Below, piece by piece: positions 1 to 8,480 of a stretch of DNA of 64,000 nucleotides. Position 1 is the stretch's first letter, and each line of letters opens with the position of its first letter. The notes beneath the pieces were generated by a model. It made no database searches. It was given only the letters and a program-made list of their open reading frames with translations, and was not told the origin of the DNA. Location: NCBI GenBank assembly GCA_964576435.1, contig CAZNUP010000001.1, forward strand, positions 294,795 through 358,794. The letters are read 5' to 3'. This stretch comes from an uncultured Gammaproteobacteria bacterium (GTDB taxonomy: Bacteria; Patescibacteriota; Microgenomatia; JAMCZE01). The position numbers were made by a program, and so were the translations under genes.

Positions 1-576
1 GACTGGATTTTTTGTTCCGGCTCGTCTTAGCGCTTTGATAATAGCTCCGGGTTCAGCATCTGCATATGCTCGTGACTGTCCTCGTAAGAAAAGTGCATCT
101 CCAACGCCTCCAAAAGGAATTCTTTCAAACTTCCGACCCATCGCTTCTGCAATAGAGTAGGCAAGTGTAGTTTTCCCCGTTCCAACAAGTCCAATCAGAG
201 CCAAAATTGGAGCCCGGTTAAATTTTGTCTGCCCACCACTGGCACTTTGTTGATTGCCAGTAAGTTTTAAAACAGCCAAATATTCTAAAATTTTATCTTT
301 AATGGATTGGAGTCCATAATGATTCTTGTTAAGCATTTCAGAAGCTCTATTCAAATCCAAAATATCCTGCGACCTTTTTGTCCAAGGTAGGGCAGTAATC
401 CAATCTATATATCTTGCCGTGGCGTCATAGTCATTAGCGTAGGTTCCACCCATCTTGGCTATTCTGTCCAATCGAACAATCATTCCTTTAGCTTTTTCTA
501 AAAGATCTGGTGGGAGTTGGGTAGAAAGAACTTTTTGTTCAAGCGAAGCTATTTCCTGAAATTGGGCAGAATCCAT
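1..576 (-). CDS. Lon-like AAA+ ATPase lacking the Lon N-terminal domain (partial, runs off the window start)
   Basis: Not in the ORF track. Manual translation from ATG 576: MDSAQFQEIASLEQKV...YIDWITALPW...LNKNHYGLQSIKDKILEYLAV...LIGLVGTGKTT...FERIPFGGVGD...LRGQSRAYADAEPGAIIKALRRAGTKNPV, collinear with the Lon AAA+ module. Confidence 0.85.
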   Translation of the reverse strand, partial: MDSAQFQEIASLEQKVLSTQLPPDLLEKAKGMIVRLDRIAKMGGTYANDYDATARYIDWITALPWTKRSQDILDLNRASEMLNKNHYGLQSIKDKILEYLAVLKLTGNQQSASGGQTKFNRAPILALIGLVGTGKTTLAYSIAEAMGRKFERIPFGGVGDALFLRGQSRAYADAEPGAIIKALRRAGTKNPV

Positions 577-605
577 GAGATCAGTATAACAAAGAAGACT
601 AAAGC

Positions 606-2867
606 TTAATATCTATCTCTTCTTCCGCCACTATTACCACCTTGGGTCTGTGAGCCACGGGCTCTGAATCCGCCACCTCTTGGTGCAAATCCGCCTGGTC
701 TTCGTGGAGCAAAATCACGTCGTACTGGTGCCTGGCCTTGTGGACCTTGTCCTTCCTCTTTAGGTCCCCAGTACATGGCAAGGTTAACTCTTCCTTGGTC
801 GTCAATTTCCATGACTTTAACTTTTACTTTGTCGCCAATTTTGACTACATCATTGGCATCATTAACAAATCCAGATGTCATTTTGGAAACGTGTACCAGT
901 CCTTCTTTGCCAGGTAAGAATTCAACAAATGCTCCAAAATTTAAGATTCTTTTAACTTCTCCTTCAAATTCTTCACCAACAACAACTTCACGTGTCATGC
1001 CAGCTATCCAGTCCTGTGCAGCTTGGACGCTTTCTTGATTAATTGATGAAATAGTTACTGAACCATCATCTTCAACATCAACTTGTGCTCCTGTTGTGGC
1101 AATGATATTTTTAATATTTCTTCCACCTGGTCCAATAACTTCACCAATTTTATCTGTTGGGATTTTAATAGTAACAATCTTTGGTGCGAACTGACTAACC
1201 GCTTTTCTACTTTCTGGAATAGCTGTGAGCATCTTTTTAAGGATCTCTAGTCTTCCTTCCCTTGCTTGGGTAAGAATTTCTTCAACCATTTTAAGAGATA
1301 ATCCTCTGAATTTATCTCCAAGTTTGATGTCAAGTTGAATTGCTGTGACTCCTTCTTCACTCCCTGCTACTTTGAAATCCATGTTTCCGTAAAAGTCTTC
1401 TTCACCTCTAAGGTCTGTAAGAATTGCATATTCATCTTGGGATTCAGCAATGATTCCCATTGCAACCCCAGAAACTGGTGCAAGAAGTGGAACTCCAGCA
1501 TCCATAAGAGCGAGTGTTGATCCACAAGTCGAGCCCATTGATGTGCTGCCGTTTTGAGATAAAACTTCAGAAACAACTAGGATTGTGTATGGGAAAACTT
1601 CTTGGCTTGGAATAACTGGGAAAAGTGCTCTTTCAGCAAGTGCTCCATGTCCAATTTCTCGTCTACCAGGTCCTCCAGAAACTTTGCCAACTTCACCTGT
1701 TGAGTAAGGTGCTGCATTATAATGATGAATATATCTTTTTTCTTCAGTTCCTTCTGCTGTTTCAATTAAAAGTTCATTAGCAGGGGAGGCAAGAGTGACA
1801 ACCGAAAGAACTTGTGTCAGTCCTCTTTGGAAAAGCCCTGAACCGTGCGTTCTAGGAAGAAGTCCAACTTCAGCTGAAATTGGTCTAACTTCAGTAAGTT
1901 TTCTCCCATCAACTCTCTTTTTAGTAGTAAGTGTCTTTTTCCTGAGTGTCTTTTTAAGAAGATATTCGACAATTGCTGGGATTTGGTTCTTATCTGGATT
2001 TTCTGTGTATTCTTCAGCCAGTGCTTTTTTAAATTCCTCAATTTTAGCTGAATCAGATCTTGAAGCTGGGTCTGAAATTGTAATAAGTTCTTCAATTTCT
2101 TTGCCATGTTTCTTATCAATTTCAGCTTGTAAATCAGCATTTGAGGAAGCTGATTTGTATGGGAATTTTTCTTGTCCTAGTTCTTTTTGGATTTCTTCAA
2201 TTGCGTTTATGATTTTGACGTTTTCCTCATGAGCTGCTTCAATTGCTGAAAATACTTTTTCTTCAGGTAATTGTTTTGCTCCTGCTTCAAGCATGATAAC
2301 ACCGTCATTATCAGAGCTAACTACGATATCAAGTTCTGAAAATTCCATTTCAGAAATGAGTGGGTTCAAGATAAGTCCTTCTTCAGGAGTTAATTGATAA
2401 CCAACTCTCACAGCTCCAACTGGTCCCTTCCATGGAATATTAGAAATAGCGAGAGCAACAGAAACCGCATTAAGTGCTACTAAATCATGGTCATTTTCAT
2501 TGTCAATTGAAAGAAGAGTGATTATGACTTGGACCTCATTAACCATGTCTTTTGGAAACAGTGGTCTAATGGATCTATCGATAAGCCTATTTGTAAGTAT
2601 TGCTTCATCAGTTGGCTTGCCTTCGCGCTTGACCCATTTGGAACCTTTCATGATTCCACCAGCGTAAAGTCTTTCAATGAAGTCAACTGTAAGGGGAGTT
2701 CCACCATCATTCATTGGTTTTTCAGCTCCAAGCATGACAGTAACCAAAACTTCAGTGTCGCCGTATCTGGCAATTACCGATGTGTTTGCTTGTGGCGCAA
2801 CTTTATTGATGTCGAGAATTAAGTCTCGGCCAGCAATTTCAATTTTCTTTGTGATTGATTTTTTCAT
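606..2867 (-). CDS. pnp: polyribonucleotide nucleotidyltransferase (PNPase)
   Basis: Two RNase PH domains (RLIDRSIRPLFP, RREIGHG, DFKVAG), KH (IGPGG) and S1 (GLVHVS); downstream of rpsO. Confidence 0.98.
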   Translation of the reverse strand: MKKSITKKIEIAGRDLILDINKVAPQANTSVIARYGDTEVLVTVMLGAEKPMNDGGTPLTVDFIERLYAGGIMKGSKWVKREGKPTDEAILTNRLIDRSIRPLFPKDMVNEVQVIITLLSIDNENDHDLVALNAVSVALAISNIPWKGPVGAVRVGYQLTPEEGLILNPLISEMEFSELDIVVSSDNDGVIMLEAGAKQLPEEKVFSAIEAAHEENVKIINAIEEIQKELGQEKFPYKSASSNADLQAEIDKKHGKEIEELITISDPASRSDSAKIEEFKKALAEEYTENPDKNQIPAIVEYLLKKTLRKKTLTTKKRVDGRKLTEVRPISAEVGLLPRTHGSGLFQRGLTQVLSVVTLASPANELLIETAEGTEEKRYIHHYNAAPYSTGEVGKVSGGPGRREIGHGALAERALFPVIPSQEVFPYTILVVSEVLSQNGSTSMGSTCGSTLALMDAGVPLLAPVSGVAMGIIAESQDEYAILTDLRGEEDFYGNMDFKVAGSEEGVTAIQLDIKLGDKFRGLSLKMVEEILTQAREGRLEILKKMLTAIPESRKAVSQFAPKIVTIKIPTDKIGEVIGPGGRNIKNIIATTGAQVDVEDDGSVTISSINQESVQAAQDWIAGMTREVVVGEEFEGEVKRILNFGAFVEFLPGKEGLVHVSKMTSGFVNDANDVVKIGDKVKVKVMEIDDQGRVNLAMYWGPKEEGQGPQGQAPVRRDFAPRRPGGFAPRGGGFRARGSQTQGGNSGGRRDRY

Positions 2868-2930
2868 TAAATTGTCGTTCCCAAGAAGATGTTTCTAAAT
2901 GTAACGAAGCTAAAAGTTCTTAAAAATTGA

Positions 2931-3200
2931 TTATTTGGCTAAATCCAAACTTACAATCAACTTCTTATATCTATCATTAGCTTTCTTTGAAAGGTAGTTT
3001 AACAGACGTCGTCTCTTAGACACAATAGTCAAAAGACCTCGCCTTGAGTGTACATCGTGTGCGTGTTTTTTAAGGTGATCAGTAAGTTTTTCAATTCTTT
3101 CTGATAAAAGTGCAACCTGCACTTCAGGAGATCCAGTATCGCCTTTTCCTTGCGAAAATTTATCAATAATCTTTTTCTTATCGTCGTTTGCTAATGCCAT
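2931..3200 (-). CDS. rpsO: 30S ribosomal protein S15
   Basis: [12 protein letters not shown]...[10 protein letters not shown]...RRRLLNYL. Confidence 0.98.
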   Translation of the reverse strand: MALANDDKKKIIDKFSQGKGDTGSPEVQVALLSERIEKLTDHLKKHAHDVHSRRGLLTIVSKRRRLLNYLSKKANDRYKKLIVSLDLAK

Positions 3201-3226
3201 AATAACTTTATTTTACTATACCGGAG

Positions 3227-4216
3227 TTAAATTGTCGAGGTACCTCTATATGCCTTTGGCTGAGTCCAATCAGCTGGAACTTGTTGTCCGTTTTGTACTC
3301 CAGCACTTTGCTGAGTCATTTCGGGTTGAACCTGAGGTTGTTGCTGCATTGGTTGCTGTTGAATTGGCTGAGCTTGTGACATTGGTTGTGCCATTTGTGG
3401 ATTCATTGGTTGACTAATTGGCTGTTGTGGCTGTGGCTGAGCTTGCTGTTGTGGTTGTGGTCTTGGTGTTTTCGCTCGAAGTGCAATTGCTGCAGCTTCA
3501 AATGTTGCAGCTGCCACTTTTGGTGACTGGAAATTTTGAGTTGCCGACACAATTCCTTGATAAAGATTTCCAGCAATATCCGCATCAATTTGAGCATTAA
3601 TTGCTCTAAGGAAAAATGTCACAATTTCTGAAATGGAAGCAGCTTCTGGCTCAACTAAATTAAATCTTCCATAATCTCTATTTGGATCATGGTTATCAAT
3701 ATTAATGACTTGTGCTTTTGAAAACATTTGTTGGTCGTAAAGCTTTCCAGCTTGAGTTGGTTCAAGGATTTCAACTGTAACAATAAGATCAAAATCTCCT
3801 GCACTACCACCAACAAAACTGAATTGGAAATTTGCTGGGTTTGGGACATATCCTTGTTTTGGTGTAATTGTAAGTGAGAATGTGTCTTCAGAAAGTCCAA
3901 CAGACCCTGGATTTTCATTGAATTTAACATTTTCAAAATCCCCAACTTGATATGGTTTATATGTAAGAAGCAAATCTCCACCAGTTCCACCAGAGAGTGA
4001 AGTTTTAACTTTATCAATCCCAACTAGATTAGATACTTCAACAAGTGGATCAGATTCCATAGCAATTGTGACGTCTTTGCCCATCTTTTGAAGAGCAAGG
4101 AAAATTGCCAAAGCTGAAGCCATCGTGTCTACACTTGGATTACCATGTGTAAGAACGAGTGCCTTTTTGGAATTCCTGACCAAGTCTTGAATTTGTTGTA
4201 AATCTTCGTTTGTCAT
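3227..4216 (-). CDS. degenerate DHH-family protein with Q/P-rich C-terminal tail
   Basis: LTHGNPSVD, DLIVTVE, NIDNH and AASISEIV resemble DHH motifs with substitutions; no DHHA1 domain; low-complexity Q/P tail. Confidence 0.75.
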   Translation of the reverse strand: MTNEDLQQIQDLVRNSKKALVLTHGNPSVDTMASALAIFLALQKMGKDVTIAMESDPLVEVSNLVGIDKVKTSLSGGTGGDLLLTYKPYQVGDFENVKFNENPGSVGLSEDTFSLTITPKQGYVPNPANFQFSFVGGSAGDFDLIVTVEILEPTQAGKLYDQQMFSKAQVINIDNHDPNRDYGRFNLVEPEAASISEIVTFFLRAINAQIDADIAGNLYQGIVSATQNFQSPKVAAATFEAAAIALRAKTPRPQPQQQAQPQPQQPISQPMNPQMAQPMSQAQPIQQQPMQQQPQVQPEMTQQSAGVQNGQQVPADWTQPKAYRGTSTI

Positions 4217-4237
4217 AAGTTCGAGCCTCTCAGGCTA

Positions 4238-5665
4238 CTAAACTATCCTATAGGAGATTATATCATCTCCTGGCCGAAAGTCAATTTGAGGCTCCAGGAG
4301 GACCCCGCACTCTTTTCCAGCTTCCACTTTATTAGTTTCTTCTTTACCAGTTCGAACTGATTTAGCTCTCGCACGGCCCAGTTCTTCCTCACCACGCATG
4401 ATTTTAATCTGGTCACCTCTGGCAATTCGCCCTGAAATGACTTTAGTTCCACAGATTTTCATCTTCTCAAATGGAAATTCAGCAACAATTTGACCTCGTC
4501 CCAGTTCCTCTTCAGTTTCAATAGGTTTAAGCATTCCTTCAGCAGCATCAGATAGTTCTTCAAGAAGTTCATAGATGATTCTATAAGTTCTAACAAGGAC
4601 TTTTTCAGTGTCAGCAAGCTTGCTAGCTTCAGAAGAAACTTTGATGTTAAACCCTAAAATTATTGCTTTTGTTGACTTAGCAAGCATAACGTCAGCTCCA
4701 TTGATTTCCCCGACTCCACTTGAAATGACGTTTACGTTTGCTGGAATCTGAGCACTAATTGCTTCAAGTGTGCCAACGCTATCTGATTTTAAAATCAAAG
4801 ATAGGGAATTTTCTCCTTGTTGGTCGCTTCTTTTTTCAGCAACTTTAATTTGTGCTTCCTGTTTTTCGAGACTAACCGTGCTCCCAACTGGAGGAACTTG
4901 TGATAGTCCAATGATCTCAACTGGCGTACCAGCTGTTGCCTCTTTAAGCTGTTCCCCTTTGTAATCAATGAGTGCTCTAATTTTTTCTTCTTTTTCAGAA
5001 ACGAAAATTTTATCTCCACTAGAAACTTTCCCACTTCTAATAATTGCAGTAGCCACAGGTCCTCGGTTTTTATCCATTTTTGACTCAATTACAATGGCAG
5101 AAAGGTTTTGATTCTCATCTTTTCCAATTCCGTTAACTTCAGATAAAAGTGAAATTAAATCTAAAAGTTCTTTGACCCCGTCTCCATTTTTAGCTGAGAT
5201 TTTAACCCAAGGAACATCTCCACCATAATTCTCAAGCATTACTTCGTATCTGAGGAGATCTTTAATAACTTTGTCGACATTAGTTTCCGGAAGATCGACT
5301 TTGTTAATTGCAACAATATAGGGGATACCAGCTTCCTTAATGATTTTTATAGATTCTTGGGTTTGTGGCATGACAGAGTCATTTCCAGCAACAACTAAGA
5401 TCGCAATATCAGCAACCCCAGCACCTCTTGAGCGCATATTAGAAAACGCTTCATGTCCTGGGGTGTCAATAAAAGTAATTGTTGATGGGGTATGAACCTG
5501 GTAAGCACCAATCGATTGGGTAATTCCACCGTGTTCTCTAGAGGCTATATCTGTTTTTCGGATTGCATCAAGAAGAGTGGTTTTGCCGTGGTCCACGTGA
5601 CCAAGAACCACTACAATTGGCGGTCTAGAACCGGAAGAGCTGATTGTTTCATTCTTTTTTGCCAC
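4238..5665 (-). CDS. infB: translation initiation factor IF-2 (short form, no N-terminal extension)
   Basis: RPPIVVVLGHVDHGKTTLLD, GGITQ, DTPGHEAF, NKVD; C-terminal EAGKECG. Confidence 0.97.
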   Translation of the reverse strand: MAKKNETISSSGSRPPIVVVLGHVDHGKTTLLDAIRKTDIASREHGGITQSIGAYQVHTPSTITFIDTPGHEAFSNMRSRGAGVADIAILVVAGNDSVMPQTQESIKIIKEAGIPYIVAINKVDLPETNVDKVIKDLLRYEVMLENYGGDVPWVKISAKNGDGVKELLDLISLLSEVNGIGKDENQNLSAIVIESKMDKNRGPVATAIIRSGKVSSGDKIFVSEKEEKIRALIDYKGEQLKEATAGTPVEIIGLSQVPPVGSTVSLEKQEAQIKVAEKRSDQQGENSLSLILKSDSVGTLEAISAQIPANVNVISSGVGEINGADVMLAKSTKAIILGFNIKVSSEASKLADTEKVLVRTYRIIYELLEELSDAAEGMLKPIETEEELGRGQIVAEFPFEKMKICGTKVISGRIARGDQIKIMRGEEELGRARAKSVRTGKEETNKVEAGKECGVLLEPQIDFRPGDDIISYRIV

Positions 5666-6794
5666 TATCTTCAGTTTGAGCTGGTTCTTCTACAACTTCT
5701 TCTTTTGTTTCTTCCTTAGATTCTTCTTTTGGTGCTTCTTCAGTTGAAACTTCATCTTTTTTCTCTTCTTTAGTTTCTTCAGTCGATTCAGCTGCCCCGT
5801 CTTCAACTTTAGTTCCGCCTTTTCCTTTAATATCAATCTTCCAACCAGTTAATTTTGCAGCAAGTCTAACATTTTGACCATCTCTTCCAATTGCGAGTGA
5901 CAATTGATCATCAGGAACTTTAGCAATTGCTGATTGGTTTTCACTATCTAATGTGACTTCAATATCTTTAGCTGGAGCGAGTGATGCCGCAATAAGGTTA
6001 GCCATGTCCTCTGTAAATTGGATGATGTCAACCTTTTCATTTCCACCAAGTTCATTAATGACAGCTTGGACACGAACTCCTTTTTGTCCAACACAAGCTC
6101 CCACTGGATCAACACCAGATTGAGTACTAATTACGGCAAGCTTGGTTCTACCTCCTGCTTCTCTTGCAAGGAGCTTAATTTCAACTGCGCCAGATTGTAC
6201 TTCGGGAACTTCTCTTCGGAAAAGTTCAGTTACCAAGTTTTTATGAGCTCTCGAAACTACCACCTCTTGTCCCCTGGTTGTCTCTCTTATACCTTCTATA
6301 TAGAAGGTCATTCTTTGGTTCAATCTATATCTCTCAGCAGGATTCTGTTCCTGTGGAGGCATGATTGCTTCAGCTTTACCAATATCAACAATGACATTTG
6401 GTCCATCAAACCTAAGAATCATTCCAGAGGCAATCGAACCAACTCTAGCCGAAAAGTCTTCAATCACAGCTTTTTTTTCTGCTTCTCTGATTCTTTGGCG
6501 AAGAACTTGACCTGCTGTTTGGGCAGCAATTCGGCCAAATCCTGGAGGAGTAACATTTTTGCCTTTTGATCCGTCTTCTTTTTTCTCAAAAATTGCTGCT
6601 TCCCCAGTTTCTGGATCAATAACAGCCATAAAGAGCTCTGGATCAACCTGTTCACCAGCAAGACTTCGATCTTTGCGGTAGGCCATAAGAAGTGCGTCCT
6701 CGATGGTCTTTATAATAGTATCGAGTGAAATGTTGCGTTCTGAGGCAACCTGGTTAAGTGCTAGTAAAAATTCTGATCTTACTTGTGCTGGCAT
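5649..6794 (-). CDS. nusA: transcription termination/antitermination factor NusA
   Basis: FGRIAAQTA, LFRREVPE, DPVGACVG, LSLAIGRDGQNVRLAAKLTGWKIDI. Start set at ATG 6794 because the upstream extension lies in a terminator hairpin. Confidence 0.97.
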   Translation of the reverse strand: MPAQVRSEFLLALNQVASERNISLDTIIKTIEDALLMAYRKDRSLAGEQVDPELFMAVIDPETGEAAIFEKKEDGSKGKNVTPPGFGRIAAQTAGQVLRQRIREAEKKAVIEDFSARVGSIASGMILRFDGPNVIVDIGKAEAIMPPQEQNPAERYRLNQRMTFYIEGIRETTRGQEVVVSRAHKNLVTELFRREVPEVQSGAVEIKLLAREAGGRTKLAVISTQSGVDPVGACVGQKGVRVQAVINELGGNEKVDIIQFTEDMANLIAASLAPAKDIEVTLDSENQSAIAKVPDDQLSLAIGRDGQNVRLAAKLTGWKIDIKGKGGTKVEDGAAESTEETKEEKKDEVSTEEAPKEESKEETKEEVVEEPAQTEDSGKKE

Positions 6795-6800
6795 ATTTTC

Positions 6801-6829
6801 AAAAAAATTGGTGGGAACTCTTCCCACCA
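6801..6829 (-). terminator. intrinsic terminator in the nusA 5' leader (candidate attenuator)
   Basis: Minus strand TGGTGGGAA-GAG-TTCCCACCA (perfect 9-bp stem), then A and T7, ending 6 nt before the nusA ATG; TACAAT -10 box at 6842-6847 upstream. Confidence 0.8.
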
Positions 6830-6867
6830 CTTAACAACCCTATTGTACAACTTATTTATAGTTAAAA

Positions 6868-7470
6868 TCAACCCGCGTACACCAAAAGCTCATTTGCAAT
6901 GAATTTTGCTCGCTGAGCAGTAAACCTATGTGATAAATCATTTGGATTCGCAGCAAGCGCATATGGTCTGTGGAAGTCAGTTAAATATTTAATCTGAGGT
7001 TCATTGCTAAGTTCCCTGCTTGTTTGAGAAAGCCAATATAAAATTTTTACAAAAGCCTCTCTAGTTTTTAGTCCAGCATGGGCCAATTCTTCAAAAACAT
7101 AAGGCATATAGGTCCATGCCATGGCAGTGTTTGCGGAGTCCCCCAAAATTACATTTTCTGCTTTCCATGTAACATTTCCCTCCAAACCATCTTTCCACCC
7201 ACTATACACTAGCCCATCTTCACTTAACAAAGCGCGCGCAAATCTTTGTTCAACTCCTGAGCGACGTGTATCAAGCATCCTCATTGCGTGCGCTTCATAA
7301 TAAGTTAACTTTCCTTGTCTCTGAAGCTCCCTCTGAAGAGGCTCTGGTAATGAATTAAGTTCAATACCCATAGCTTTAACTTCGGTAATTTTATATGACT
7401 TTTTCAGCCCAATTGGTCCTCCACTTATTGGTTCCTGGGGCATTGGTGGCTGAAGTTCTTTATCTACCAT
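6868..7470 (-). CDS. hypothetical protein
   Basis: 200-aa ORF filling the nusA-dnaJ gap; TGATATAAT 6 nt before the ATG; no recognisable motif. Confidence 0.75.
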   Translation of the reverse strand: MVDKELQPPMPQEPISGGPIGLKKSYKITEVKAMGIELNSLPEPLQRELQRQGKLTYYEAHAMRMLDTRRSGVEQRFARALLSEDGLVYSGWKDGLEGNVTWKAENVILGDSANTAMAWTYMPYVFEELAHAGLKTREAFVKILYWLSQTSRELSNEPQIKYLTDFHRPYALAANPNDLSHRFTAQRAKFIANELLVYAG

Positions 7471-7520
7471 CAGTCAATTATATCACTAGGACAATCTAAA
7501 TAAGAGAATATCCTAATATA

Positions 7521-8414
7521 TTAAAACCATCCACTTCTTTTTTTAGCTCCACCCATACTTTCTCGAAGTTCTTCAAGAATCTTTTTTTGATCACCTGATA
7601 CTTTATTTGGCACAATTACTTTGATCTTCACGTATTGGTTACCAACTCTTCCTCCCTGTGGCGATTTAACCCCCTTTTCCTTAAGTCTAATAAGTGAGTC
7701 TGGCTGCGTTCCTGATGGAACCTTAAGCGACACTACCCCATCAATTGTTGGCACTTCAATTGTCGTTCCCAAAACTGCATCTGGATAGGAGACTTCTGAT
7801 TCAACAAACAAGTCCAGCCCCTCTCTTTTAAATTTTGAGTCTTCACTAACACTAACTTGGATATCAAAGTCCCCAAATCTAACACGTTGTCCATCGTCAA
7901 TCCCAGATGGAATTTTAATTTTCATTTGTTTTCCACCAAGGTTTACTGTTTTCTCAACGCCCTTAACTGCTTCCATGAATGACAAATTTAAAGAGTAAAC
8001 CTGTCGTCTAGCACGGCCTCTTCCACCAGAGGAAAATCCACCTCCAAAGAACTGTTCAAAGATCTCAAATGGATCTGAAAATCCACCAAAGTCGGCCCCT
8101 TCAAATGGGTTTTGTTGACCACCCCCTGATCCATAAGTTTTATATGAATAGCTAAAAGGTCCTTGCTGGGCTCCTCCAAAACCGCCACTGAATGGATTTT
8201 GTCCGCCTGCGGAACCAAACTGGTCGTAGTTTTGTTTCTTTTGTGGGTTAGATAAAACTTCGTAAGCTTCAGTGATTTCTTTGAATTTCTCAGCAGCTTG
8301 TGGAGTTTTATTTCGGTCCGGATGCCACTCAAGAGCCGCTTTTCTATACGCAGCTTTAATTTCTGCTTCAGACGCAGTCTTTGAGACATTGAGTGTCGAG
8401 TAGGGATCTTTCAT
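7521..8414 (-). CDS. dnaJ: DnaJ co-chaperone (class B type, no zinc finger)
   Basis: J domain with HPD, G/F-rich region, C-terminal domain; no CxxCxGxG repeats; follows dnaK. Confidence 0.93.
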   Translation of the reverse strand: MKDPYSTLNVSKTASEAEIKAAYRKAALEWHPDRNKTPQAAEKFKEITEAYEVLSNPQKKQNYDQFGSAGGQNPFSGGFGGAQQGPFSYSYKTYGSGGGQQNPFEGADFGGFSDPFEIFEQFFGGGFSSGGRGRARRQVYSLNLSFMEAVKGVEKTVNLGGKQMKIKIPSGIDDGQRVRFGDFDIQVSVSEDSKFKREGLDLFVESEVSYPDAVLGTTIEVPTIDGVVSLKVPSGTQPDSLIRLKEKGVKSPQGGRVGNQYVKIKVIVPNKVSGDQKKILEELRESMGGAKKRSGWF

Positions 8415-8431
8415 CGTCTTTGCATTTTACC

Positions 8432-8461
8432 AAAAAGAGCGGGGAAACCCCGCCCTTTTTT
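8432..8461 (-). terminator. intrinsic terminator between dnaK and dnaJ
   Basis: Minus strand AAAAAGGGCGGGG-TTT-CCCCGCTCTTTTT; GC stem with A/T tracts on both sides. Confidence 0.85.
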
Positions 8462-8480
8462 ACTATTTAACAATTTTATT

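Noticed and set aside
3290-3470. Repetitive TGTGGC/TGTTGC-type sequence
   Set aside because: Simply encodes the Q/P-rich protein tail; no regular repeat-spacer structure, so not CRISPR or a DNA repeat element.
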